Source: Ramazzottius varieornatus (Eukaryota; Animalia; Tardigrada). Taken from it: a stretch of 64,000 bases of DNA. Shown one piece after another: positions 50,501 through 62,860 of the stretch. The notes under the pieces are model-generated. The model ran no database searches. It saw only the letters and a program-made list of their open reading frames with translations, and had not been told where the DNA came from. The stretch covers positions 186,001-250,000 of the forward strand of contig BDGG01000005.1 of the NCBI GenBank assembly GCA_001949185.1, read 5' to 3'. The position numbers were made by a program, and so were the translations under genes. Position 1 is the stretch's first letter, and every line of letters begins with the position of its first letter.

Positions 50501-52027
50501 GTATCTTGTGTCGGCGCTTCTGGAACTCTATACGAACCAGTCCATCTTCTTCGGACACACCTTCTCCCATAAAGCCCTCTGCGTTTGTCACATCTGCTAT
50601 CTCTAAGGGGTTGACCGTGTCGGCTGCAACAAAGAGTTATTTCGAACGCGGAAGTTGGACATTGGTACATTGATGCATTGACAAGACAAAGCAGACCAGG
50701 AAAAGGGCATCCTACTTGAAAAGTCATTCTGAGCGGGTGCATAGCTCTCCTCTCCGGTGGGGACCAAGTGCGGGAAGAGGTAGAATAGTACTCGAACGGA
50801 ATAGACTTTCGAGCGGATAGATCCATAACCAATGAGCATCAGCAGATCCTTGGCTATGTTGTCGTTTGCCTTCATTAAGGTCTCCACCAACATTAAATGC
50901 AGTTCTGTACAATAGAAAATACTGTGCGACTCTTGGGTTGTTGGACGCGGAAGAAGCAAGTATTGTACCTTGGTCGTTCATGTGTTCGAAGACAGTGCTC
51001 ATCATAGATGCGGCAAACGTAGGTACTTTGAGACTCCCTTCCGCTCGAATAGCAGCGTAATACCCTGTAAAGTCAACGTAACGTGAAAGAAAGACGTTTG
51101 TGATAACAACTTACCAGTAGTGTAAGATGGTTTTTGGAAATTGTCATTCCATACCGGTTATGAATGGTATGTAGAGATCACACACAATGGAGATGAGCCT
51201 TCTGTGCATCATCGAGGGGAACGAAGCGATGGAAGATATGATGAGGAAGGGCATTTCCTCAATCTTCTCGGGCTCCAGAAAAATCAGCATGGCTGATGTT
51301 GTGCTCAGAATGGCCTCCGCGAGATCTAAGAATTTCAGAGAAGCGCTTGGTAGAACGAACCCCTATTTTTCAGCCAGCAACGAAACGCAGAATGTCAATT
51401 CGACCCACCAACGGCTCCGGCAGATATGAGTTGTACGTCGTCCGACAGACTCTGCACGGCATCAAACAAGCTGCCGTAGTCCAGATCTGGGAATATGGTG
51501 GAACGCAGTCTTTCGTTCTCCGGATTTCCCGGTGTCAGTAGCTGGTCTAGGGTATCGTTAGACAGTTCGCGTGTCATCCTACAATCACATTGCAAACAAC
51601 CTCACAACAGATTTCTTTCGTCAGATGGTCGTCAGTTATATTTTCATAGCTCGTTTCATCCACTCGACGCAAAATATTTCTTTATTCGATCAGTGCACAT
51701 CAAAATGTGCCCAGCATGTGTGAGTTTGCCGATCCTGTTATAGGACCAGTAATCAAAGTTTGAGATTCTTGGAAGCCTCCTATGTGCAAAACTTACGAAT
51801 TCAGCGTGTGAGAGAAGTATTTCAATGTCGTCGCCACATCGATCCCAGAAGGCTGTGCTCCACTCCCGGCATTCATACGGACGTGAACGTCTTTCAAGCT
51901 CTTCACCTTCGTATTAACTGTGAAAGACAGTACGAACGGAAGTTAGTAATATAACACGAAGATCACTCTGACGACGGACATAAATCAGAGGATACGAGTA
52001 CTTACAGGTGGCTGCTCGGGTGGCCAT
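41522..52027 (-). CDS. UNC79: Protein unc-79 homolog (NALCN channelosome subunit), many exons
   Basis: MATRAAT|FNTKVKSLKDVH...PSGIDVATTLKYFSHTL, FPDLDYGSLF, GFLIWVQENLLIP, RFNYFLGY and C-terminal PLQKWLLRLQFKISQVE match UNC79. Confidence 0.93.
44691..44788. mobile_element. Family A palindromic element (degenerate) in a UNC79 intron
   Basis: AACAAATTCG...GAGTGACGTACG...AGCGTGCGCCAATACCGAAACGATCAGTTCGAGTTTGTT. Confidence 0.65.
45504..45752. repeat. Long imperfect inverted repeat with a G-rich core in a UNC79 intron
   Basis: Arms of about 46 bp at 45518-45563 and 45695-45739, extending outward and inward; five G-tracts at 45592-45623. Confidence 0.8.
46706..46821. repeat. Family B fold-back element in a UNC79 intron
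   Basis: GAGTCAGCGCACAG / CTGTGAGCTGACTC enclosing CTTTCATGAACCTGCATACG / CGTATGCAGGT. Confidence 0.7.
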
Positions 52028-52951
52028 CTTCTCGGTCTTGGATGATGGCTCAGAATGCTTAGAACATCAATAGATCCGACTGGGTTCCCATTCCAGGCAT
52101 ACGTGGTAGCAGCTCTCGAAAACAATGGATGGAGTTGTTGACCAAGCAGAACAGAACGGCACAGCTCACAAAGAAGCATCGATGTCTCGGCGTTGTAGTT
52201 CGAGCTTCGAACTTCAGCCGTCTCACAGTATGCATCGCGTGGATGAAGTCCTCATGGAAAAGAGTGATGACTGAGGATCGAGCTGAGGACTGACAGGATC
52301 CTGAGAGACGAGGCTCTTTATCGATCGGCGGACCACATCCACGTGCCAGCTTCATACGTTCCATCTCCTTCACGATCAAGTTAATGTCCCTTCTCCCTGT
52401 CTCGAAGTAAGGCTCCTTCTTTGTAGCGCCGTGTATATAGCCTCAAAGCCTTCATATAGCATGCCATGGTGCTTCTTGGAGAAACTGCAGAGTGCAGACC
52501 GCATCTTCCCGCTCCTTGTATCATTGTCCGCCCATGCGCGAACCCGCCCAGTTCGTGAGTTTTGGGTTAGTCAGTCGCATGTTTCTTGCACGAAAAATTG
52601 ACTGCGTGGTGGAAGCTGCAACGATTATAACGAATTAACAGATGTGGCGCAGTTGGCAGAGTCTGGAGGGATAAACCTCTGTCGCATGCTGGGGTTGGGG
52701 TTCCCATCCGTATTCAGCCAGGGCTTTCAGGACAACGCTCTTTTCTTACAGAGCAACCGAACAACCACCATACTCTTCACGTTTGACTTGGTTTTCCCGC
52801 TCGCAAAAAAGGAACTTGATGAGTATTGAAAAACAGATATAAATACACTGCGAACTGCTTTCCTAAGTTGTTTCATGATGAACTTTCATCTGACAGTCGA
52901 TAAGCGGGAAAAACAGCCTACACTGCATAGTGAACTCGAAGCATTGACGCA

Positions 52952-52959
52952 TGACGTCA
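52952..52959. promoter_or_regulatory. Perfect CRE (TGACGTCA) in the UNC79/FERM divergent intergenic region
   Basis: TGACGCATGACGTCA: a half-site plus the full palindrome. Confidence 0.35.
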
Positions 52960-53553
52960 TATGCCTCATCGACTAAAACAGCTGGAACCGCTACCATACC
53001 TTGAATCCTTGACATTCCCAGGAAGGCAGTCTACTCCTCGAGCTTCTACGGAGTTGATCATGTTGCTGCGATCTTTCTTCAAAATTCCAGGCCATCCAGC
53101 AGTAAAGCGAACGTTAAACCCCACCTTTCCTCCGTCCTGAAGCCTCCAAGATATTTTGCAGAAAAACAAATTTGCTTCCGCTGCTGCCATCTACGTTACG
53201 AGCTTTTTATGAGACACCGCAGACGGGATGCCGACCAATGATATTTCGGAATCACGCCCCCATGACATACTAGCATTACAAGTGCAACCTCAACGGTCGG
53301 CTCCGTCAGTCGGACATGTCCATTCCATTTGGCGCTGTCAACCGTTGATCTTCTGTTTTGCTTTCCGTGGAACAACATTCATAACAAATTTTGACAACAA
53401 AATCTCCCATTTATTTCTCATGCCCATCTTCATTCTGACTGACGTTCCCACAAGAACACTCCGGCGTCGAATGGACTCATTAAACCATCTCTGCTAACAC
53501 CGGACATGTGGATGACATAGAAGACGATCTCGGACTACATAACAATATAGAAG

Positions 53554-56500
53554 ATGTTCTGGCTAAAGTCAAAGGATATTCTACGGCTGCAGATTGTCCT
53601 GCTCAACTCGGATCAACTGGAATATGAATGCTCAAAGGTACGCCAAAACTGAATGTTAGACAACATTGGTTGTGGAGTCTTTGTGTGCCTTATCTGTGCT
53701 CACAGAGCGTTTCAGGAATTTTTATCGTTGTATTTGCTGACGTTGACACGGTTTGACGTTGCCGATGCCGTTGTCCAGATAGCGCACAGTCTTTGATTTA
53801 CCGCCCTGATGAACCGGAAGGAGGGTTCTATCAGAAGGAAGATGAAGGTTCTTGTTCGGGAAAAGAGAGATTCAGGTTGAGGCACACAGATTGATAGCGT
53901 GGGAAATGCGTTATGCTTTGTGAACATAAGTTTGACTCCATTGCGAGGAAACCGGTTTCCACCCTTTGAAATATCCTTTTAGATCAGCTAATTTCAAAGC
54001 AGCGAAACGATAACTGGCTGGTCCGATGGTCAGAGGCTTGGCAAGGTCCAAAGATCTACCGAAACTCGACCAGGCTACTTTGCTTCCACGTCAAAACATT
54101 GCAGGCAAGATGCGAACTTCCTTCCCGACAAAATCTGAAATCTGGATGGACCAGCTGACAGCACCAGGTATACGTCCATGAATATTGAAGCTCCAATGAC
54201 TATACAGTCATTCCTTCGTATATTACTGTTTAATACTTTTACAGGGTGTGAGGAGTGCAGCGATGCGCAACAGGTTGGATATTTCCCCAAGAGGGTGCAA
54301 GCAGGAAAAACTGGACCGTCCTTCTCGCTTTCGACGCAGTTTGGATCAGAAGCTATGAGAAGAACCTTTTTCGGTTGTCGGAGTTTTGCCGGTTTACTCT
54401 GCTTTAATCTGAGCTTTTGGTGTTTGGTAATGCACGTGCTTTCTTCCATCAAATTATGCACCAGAGTTGGTTGAGGACAAGCCAGGAGAATAGCAGCACA
54501 TGAGCGGAAAGGTGAACCAGAGGCTTTAGGTGAACTGAAGAAGAAAGGATTAGAAGGGCGATTTGCTTCGTTTCTGAAGAAAGGGGAAGGAGAAATGGAG
54601 AAAATGATCGAGCGAGGAAGGAGGATAGAAGTGGCTGGGGTATTGTTATCGACGTTGCACGTGTCTGCAACTTCTAACGACTTGCTGAGCTTCTTGGCAG
54701 TTCCCTGTGACCTTCACTTGCTAGTCAGCCAGTGGAAACACTTATCGCAAACAGTCAAGCCGAAATAATTCCTTCTTCTCTGTCTTTCTTGGCGTTTATG
54801 GCTTCTCTCTCCATAGTGTTTAATGCTCCTTCTTAGCATTTATCGGAATGCCCACAATTGGGGGACAATAAGGAAAAGGAAAGACAAAGACCTGTTGATG
54901 AAAGATGTCGGAACGCTTTCCCAAAAGCCTGTTTGAACAGCTATCGCCCCCGAAAATGCCACAAATCAATCCACACTCAAGCCTCAAAATGGTTACAGTA
55001 CTTCGGATAAGATTTTCATTTATAGCGCGCACGATTTCAGCCAATAACACCGTAACCGTGAGCCAGTTGGGACAGCAATGAAACTCGACGACGGTTTCTC
55101 CAAGTGGCACACACTTTACGCCAACAACACTGAGAAAGTGCGCCGCTTGTGAGAACAATCCTGTCGTGTTGATTTGCCGCACTCCCAATTATCGTATTGT
55201 TTTCCCAGCTAAATTATTTTCACGTGGTAGTTTCGATTGAGGAACGTCGGAAGATTGACGAAATTGTCTGCCGTTTGACACAGTCGCTGCTGGAGATGTC
55301 CTGAAGAACGCACCTGCTCTTAGTCAGGCTGATACGTCTAGAGGGCAGAAAATGTCTATTGAGATAAGAGTTGTGTGTTTGATGAGAGAAGGGTAATTAT
55401 GCTTGCTTCTGACGTTGGAATGTCACGTCCACGGCATAATGTTATACCGTCGCGAGACATGCATGCCGGTATAGCGCACTATACTGCCATATAAGATAAT
55501 CTAATGATGACGGAATACACAGTGTGGAACCTGTTGCTTTGAGCGACCCACTGGCTGTTGTACGACGCTATCTACAGCCGAATCGCCTCATAATTTACCT
55601 TAAATAATAGTGAATGATTGACTGTAAACATGGTTCAGGAGACATGAAAAGAAGATGTGCCACTTGAGTGATTATCATTGCCATGTTTTTTGTCATTGTA
55701 CCTCTTGTTCAGACATGTATCCGAAAACTACATACAAAGATCAAGAAGCACTTTGCGACCAAAAAGAATATTATCAGGCCGAGCGAAGCGAGGCCCTTTT
55801 CAGCCTGTCGAGATTTCAATGGACGATCTGATCGTTCGAGCTTTCAGATATCACAACCTCTGTACTGAAGACAAGTGCTCAACTTGATCCGAGTAGCAGA
55901 AGTTTTTACTCGCAAAACTTGTGCTTCTTTGCTTCTGCTCGGCCTTCCCAGTGGCTAGAACCACTAGCTAGTTATTAAAGAGGGACGACCTTTAGTTTAC
56001 ACATAAGACGCGACAGATGCCGTGAGAACTTTTTTGCCTTTTGCCCTGGATTTCGGAAAAGCGATACTATGAAATAAAATAAACTGGCCAAAGTTAAGTA
56101 ATATAATACTTTGGAAATTTAGAATGATATGGCAGTCATGATACTGTCGAATAAATTTCACACGGAAAAATTTGATATTGCGAGTTTTATGGGCGGATAG
56201 TTTGATATCTGTCAGATATTCCGCATTTTAACGATTGGGACAACAAATTACTTCCAAGATTACGGTGGGATATTGATTTGCGAGGTTATGACTTTTGGAG
56301 ATAACCCCGTTGGCCTCCAGCTGACCATTCCACCATTCTCATGCTCCAAGAAGCTGGGGTATGAATATTGAATATTCCACACTGTGTATCTCACAGGCCG
56401 CTAGACTAAACCACTAAACGATCAAAGCTGTGTTTCGCACTGACGCATGGCGTGTCGAGTAGTAATCTGGAAATAAAAGGCGCCTTTGGATGCAACTATA

Positions 56501-59500
56501 CGGTTATAGAAATGGACACAGGAATTTCTTCAGCTGGAAAGACTGGAAAGCGCTTACATGACCCATATCGTCGAAGGGTTCTTCGATGGAACCAGACCAT
56601 GGCTATATTTCTTTGACCAATGAAGTTTGCTTTCGGTGCAGGCTTCTTTGGCCAGATTGGAATTTCAGGCGCACTTTAGAGCCAAGAGATAATATTTCAA
56701 TTGAAAACGAAAGATTGCTTTGATAGTAAAGGAAATCGGAGCAGGAGTTGCTTGAGAAAATTCCTGAGTCGTTTGCAAGCATGGTGTGAAAATATTTGAC
56801 CACTTCCTCTGGTGTTGTGTGTCGCTATATTATGACACAATAACGTTGCGCGCACCATTTTGTTAGTCAGACAACTGCAGTAAAATTTCTTTTACGCCTT
56901 GTTAGAATTATTTCCTCTGTGTTACTAATCTATAATTTTATTACAGACGTCTGCCAAAGGAAAGGAAGTCCTGGACTTCGTGCTGAGTTCCCTGCATGTG
57001 GAGGAGAAGGAGTACTTCGGTCTGAGATACCAGAGCGAAGATGAGCAAGTGTACTGGCTGGAACTCGGAAAGTCAGTTCGAAGTCAACTCAAGAGATGTA
57101 AGGAAGACGCGAATATATCTTACTTTAATATACTGCATTACCATCAGCCTGATGAACACGGAAGTGAAGAAACCCATATCGATAATTCTTACGTTTTGCA
57201 GGCATTCAACCCTACCGGTTTTACTTCTGTGTTAAATTCTACCCGAAAGAGCCGTATCTAATCCACGACCCGAACACCAGGTGAGAACCCAACGACCTGC
57301 TTTCTGTGTTGGCGTTGTTTGACCTAACTGCTCTTGTTGCAGGGAACAAATCTACATTCAGGTGAAGCAAGATATTTTCCAAGAACGCCTGACGGTACCC
57401 AGAGTCGAGGATTTGGTGCAGATGGGCGCAGATGCCCTACAAGGTACAGTCTTAGACTCACAGAGGTTTACTAAAGTTGGTGTTTACATCCGTTGGACAA
57501 TGCTGGCTCACGTACTGCAACTATAATGGGCCCCATAGAATGTGGTGCAACACTAGGCTTTGCATTGGGCGTGACTGCATGGTTAACCAGTATAACCACC
57601 CCTTGTTTTCGCAAACCAGAGATAAGATTATCAGTCAAAGGCTATTTCTGTTACAGTGGAGATGGGTGATTTCGACCCGAATTTGCACGAGCCTGGTTAT
57701 GCCTCGGAAACGGACTTTATACCACCCTCCCAGTCTCTGCAGCTAGCACAGAGGATCGAACAACAACACAAGAAACTCCGGTATGTCATTCCTATACAAC
57801 GCTCCAAACAGAAACCGATTGAAAAAAATTCAGTGTTTTCTGCGTTAGTCGAAAATACCGGAAACACAAGTTCCGAGAATCACGTCAGGAAAAAAAGAGG
57901 GAAGTCGGCAAACATGTCGTGCTCGTCTTTCATGAACCTGCATGCACGATGCCGTGGGTCTTCGTCGATGGTAGACTAGCATGCAGGTCCGTGAGACACT
58001 GGGTGCGTGCCGTGTGTTTGCAGACTTCTCATGTTATGGGAGACAGAAGATTAAGTTTCAGCAATGTTGCTCTTCTTAATAGCGGCTGTTTATCTAAACA
58101 TGGTATATGTTACAGTGGCCGTTCTCACATGGAAGCCGAGTACAGCTTCCTCGAGAGAGCCAGCCGCCTCGATCTGTACGGAGCGGACATGCACGGCATG
58201 GTAGGTGGCGACGACGGCGACTTCTCCCTGGGCCTAACGCCTTCTGGCATCGTCCTGGTCAAAGATGACGAAAAAGTGGGCGAATATCCCTGGATCAATC
58301 TGGCCAAGATAAGCAAAGATGTCTCCTGCTTCAACTTCAGAAGAAGCAATATACTGCGAGATGGTGGCGGATCAGTCATGCTGGACATTAGACATCCGCA
58401 CACCAACCAGATCCGCAATCTGGGCTTCCGGTTAGCTACCAAAGAGGCTGCCAGACACTTTTACAAGTGCACGTCGGAGCATTTGGATTTCTTCAAAAAG
58501 ACTAACAAGCCCCAGGGTGCTCGGACACCTTCTATTTCCTCCAGAATACTCAGCAGGTACAAAGAAAATATTCATAGAAGGAAATTTCAATCAAAGTATG
58601 CATCTAGGCGTCTCATAAATACAACTAGAGTTTTATCGCTTTTAGGTTACGCTCTTCGAGTCAGAAGACCGAAGAGTCCGACGCCGGAAGTCTGTCTAGT
58701 CGAAAGCTCAACCGAATCGAGAACACCCGCCAGAGCACCTCTCGACCTCCTACCACTCGCGATCGTCTTCGCTCAACCGTCATCTACGAGGATGACAACA
58801 AGACGGTCGTGCTGGAAGGTGACGATACAGCGAAGGTCTATCATAAGGTCCCAACATCAAGGACCGCCGAGACCCAACCCTCCGATCCTCGATCTCTATC
58901 CCTGGCTCGTCCAGGCATTGCTCCCAGACGAGCGGAGAGCCCTCTTTCCCTCAAGAGTTCTTTCTCAACGTACCCTCAGCACAGACATCAGCCTACCACG
59001 CGGGTTATGGACGACATCCCTGACATCGACAATGACTCGGTGTTTTCTAACTCTAGCCGCATGAGCCACGTCCTGAGCGAAGGTACGCGATTCATCATGG
59101 ATAACAATTTACCGCCCTAGTAAATTTTTCCCGTTTTCTACGAAGGATGCTCAACCTTGCTCGGCACCGACTTGGCTGGCATTCTCGCAGAAAAAGGTCA
59201 AAATTTGTTCGCCATGCGAAATTATTACCCAGTCGTGCTGGTGCCGTTAAGCTTGCCGCGTTTACTAGCGTGAAGTCATTTTAGTTAGTAAAACGTTGAT
59301 TTTTCCATCTTGCAGGAACCCTTCAGAAGAAACGAAAGCGTTCGCAGGTTGGTGAGAACAACTCGTCCGGTGCGAGCGAGGAAACCGACGCCGGCATCGG
59401 TCGGACCACTCCTCGTTCTAGCGCTTTGCGGAGCTCTCTAGGTCCACAGCAGCGTCGTAGACTGAGGCAACAAGGACCCGCTCAACGATACAAGACTCAC

Positions 59501-61007
59501 GACGGAAGCAGTATGCAAGAAGCTCTACTGCAAATTCCCTCAATGCAGGCACCCATGTCACTCAGCTACTTCCAAGATCTCTCCTTACCCGAACGATTAG
59601 CGTTCCTCATCCAACCCGCCAAGTCCATGCATCAGCTTAGTTCCGCTGGTATGCAGCTGAGCCAAGATCACCACGGAACTTCCATGGGAAACCTTCACAC
59701 AATCAAAGCTCGGACAACGAACACGCGAGCGTTGTATCCTGTAGACGTGAACCCGGCAACGTCACGCACGTTACCGAGAACTCACAGAGTACCCTCCGTA
59801 CAAGAACACCCATCAGAGTCTTTCTTGCCGTTATCTCTTGTACCGGACGACGGTCACGTCATGTCTGAGTATTCATTCGATCCGACGGGACGGTTGAGGA
59901 AACTGTCGCGGTTCGATCCAAGAGAGACCTTGCCGAGTTTGCCCACTTCCTCGCCTCGGTTCGGCCACTCCATGGGCAAATCACTTCCGTCGTCGCCGAT
60001 GAAGTCGCGCAGTTTCGATTTCAAGGTGGAGAGCGGACCACCGACGGCGACTGAACCGAGTAAACCTGTGCACGTTCGAAGTCTTTCGCACAGCTCGGAA
60101 AGTACTCCCCCGGGAAGGAGCTCAAAGAGACTTGTGGCTCGCCAGCGACTAAAAAGTGATACGGCTTTCGTCGCAGGTGGAAGCCACGACTTCCAAGAGG
60201 ACCACGGTACGTTCCCACTAACTCCTTTTGCGTTTGTCAAAGCGTTGACTAGTTTTTGTCTTTTACAGGAACGTCAGCCGAGTCTTCGCCACTGACGCAC
60301 CCGTTCCCCATCATTCCGCCTCCGACTCCCTTCAGCGGAGATGATCCCGAACCACCTCAGGTTCCTGCTCGTCCGCCCTTCACCTTCACTTCTCGTATAG
60401 GTTCAAAGAAGTCATCCCTGTTTCCTGGAACCAATCGTAATGAGTCTTTCAGTAATGCTGTTGGCCATGGCGATATCGAGCTTCAGGAAATGCGGCCATT
60501 GAAGGAAGCTGTGCCTGAACCTCTCTACGACGCGCCGTACGGGAGCGAAGGACCTTCGAAACAAGTCGTGGAAGTCGATGTCCATCCACGAAGAATACCG
60601 TCAGTGACGAACCCCATAGTTCACAATCAGCTGTATACTGACGTGACTGGGCTTGGGGAACCCCGGAACAAGCCCGAAGTGCTCAACAACACAAGGTCTT
60701 TGAGACAAGTACCTGCAAACACGATGACGGCAAGTCGAATATTTTGAAACTAATTTAGTAGAGCGGATAAATAATTCCATATTTTTCTTTTTAGAAGCTG
60801 GGTTTGCCTTCCAACTCAGTCATACTTAGCCATCCGCTGGCTGTGTACTCCACCGGTCTGGAGACCCAGAAGGACTTATACGGAAGTGTTTCGACTTCGA
60901 AGTCGTCCTCGAGGAGCTCACCGGGTGAAGACACGGAATCGAGTTTGCATACCTTACATGCAATCTACGCCAATGCTGGTGACTGTGCAATGTACACCGA
61001 TATTTGA
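53554..61007 (+). CDS. FERM-domain band 4.1-like protein (EPB41L4A-like) with a long disordered tail
   Basis: Exon 1 MFWLKSKDILRLQIVLLNSDQLEYECSK, then a 3.3-kb intron, then TSAKGKEVLDFV...EYFGLRY...YWLE, FCVKFYP, GDFDPNLHEPGY, LDLYGADMH and LGLTPSGI. Ends in YTDI. Confidence 0.88.
55080..55171. mobile_element. Family A palindromic element in the FERM gene intron (partial copy at 55022-55053)
   Basis: AAACTCGACGACGGTTTCTCCAAGTGGCACAC...GCCAACAACACTGAGAAAGTGCGCCGCTTG...ATCCTGTCGTGTT. Confidence 0.75.
57899..58030. repeat. Family B fold-back element in a FERM gene intron
   Basis: Stacked stems GGGAAGTC/GACTTCTC, GCAAACATG/TGTGTTTGC and TTTCATGAACCTGCATGC/GCATGCAGGTCCGTGAGA. Confidence 0.75.
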
Positions 61008-61607
61008 GTTTCTTTTTTGTTGAAAGCTCGCACGACGACTAGATAAGTGTATGTTCTCAGTTGTTACCGTCAGAGTTTCTATTTTTGATTGTTGATTTAT
61101 ATTTTATATTCGTCGCTGGGCAGGTCTGGCTTTTTGAGGCTTCTGTAAGTTTGACTAGCTTCGACGTTTGAACTTTTTATGCAGCGAAGAACCAGTGGAT
61201 ATGGAAAAAAATTAAGTTTTCGATACTGCGTGCAGGGAAAAATTACCCAGAATAACAGTGCTGTATCGCTAGAGGGGTTCATCCCCACATTCGAATCAGC
61301 TATCTTCAACAGACAATTGTATCTTATCGTTGGGTGCAAATGGCCAGTTTTCCACTCTAAAGTCATCGGCTTTTAAAGTGCACACAAAGCTTCAAGACGA
61401 TCACTCGTTGCAGAACCACATAGAGCTGACGATATCCGTGGGGTTGACGTCGTCAGGTCTTCGCTGTTTCTGCCACCTGTTGTGAGCACAGCAAGTGTCT
61501 TCTGTAAGGGGAAGGGATTCAGGGCCAATGATACGATGGTTCTACGAATGATATGGAAGGGAGAACTAAGCTTCCGGGTATTCCCGTCTGTACCGTCCTT
61601 CCGCAAG

Positions 61608-62205
61608 ATGACCCTTATTCTCGGCTTAGTACTGCTCGGTACGGCATAATGGTATGAGTTTCGGCGAAAATAAACGTCTCAATTTTGTCTTCTAACTCGT
61701 TGCAGTCCCTCGTTATTGCGGCTCTGTTACAGATATCTTAGACCATGCTGACGCACTTCCGCATCTCCAGAATGGAGCTGATCTGACGAAGTCGGCGAGG
61801 GACTTCGACGGCACGACGGAAGCGGAAACGACAACGTTTGTTCAGGCTCCACCACCAGGTCCCCGCAAGAAAAATCCGGCCTATATGATTGTTTTTGGAA
61901 TCCTAGCATGCTTGCTGTTTATTGGGGCCATCGTCGTTCTGATAAAAAGCTGGCGCAAGAAGAAGCGCAGGCAGAAAGTTGCCAGGAAGGTGGCGTTCCG
62001 CGAGAATCCTACTGGACCACCGCTGTCAGTGCCTGTAAGGATGGAAAAGGTTGCTCTGGCCTTAAAGATGGGAGACGTCACAACGCCGGAAAAAACGCCA
62101 GAAGTAACACCGCGACCCACAAGAACCACTGTGAAATTCGCCTCTCAAACTTCTGTTCGCTTTGACGAAGACGCTTCTCAGGTCGCCGACCAACAAGAAG
62201 CATGA
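61608..62205 (+). CDS. Small type I membrane protein with a cytoplasmic RVxF motif, 2 exons
   Basis: Signal MTLILGLVLL|VPRYCGS (intron 61639-61705), short Thr-rich ectodomain, TM helix MIVFGILACLLFIGAIVVLI, basic stop-transfer, RKVAF. Confidence 0.7.
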
Positions 62206-62860
62206 ACAATGAGAAGTTTTCGATTTCCTCTCTTTCTGTTCTCAGCGTCTTGTTAATCGTTATCCGAACAACGCGTATAAAGGAATATAGAATACTGGGT
62301 GGAAAATCACGAACTGTGTTGTTCACTTTGATCACTTTGTTGTGAACAAGCAGCGCGCAGGAACAACGGCCAGCGCAAGATGCCGAGTTGTTGATCTAGC
62401 TTGCAACTGTCAAATACGATCTTATTTGTATCAAGTCCTTCCTTGGCATTGCTCTTTCAGTGTCAACCGCGGGCCAACCCTCTTTGTTGTAGGACCCTGT
62501 TTGTCCACTTGCTAGTGGCATACGCAATCGACTCGATCATCTCTTCACCGATCGTTGCACGATCTTGAAAGTCACTTCTGAAAGATCGTTGTCGAAACTC
62601 CTGGAATTTGTCGTACCGCGTTTGTCCAAACACCCTTTGTCAAGTACACTGCTTCTCAGTACCGTACAAAATCTTCGGGTTCCCTGAAGAGACTGTTGGC
62701 GGTTTACAGGACGAAGGACCTGGATGACTTGATTGCTTTAGGCGTTGCCTCCATCAACCCGGATCGCCGGTGCGGGTCGTCACTATGCTGAAGGCTTCGG
62801 TACTCCCGTTTCTGCTACGGTACAGATGACTCAATGGGACGTGAGTGTTGGCCCTTCATT

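Noticed and set aside
52059-52379. 106-aa ORF just upstream of UNC79
   Set aside because: No recognisable domain or clear start; could be a uORF or decayed sequence, but unsupported.
55922-55962. Resemblance to the U2 snRNA 5' end (GCTTCTGCTCGGCCTT...TGGCTAG)
   Set aside because: No GTAGTA branch-recognition sequence or Sm site follows; probably chance.
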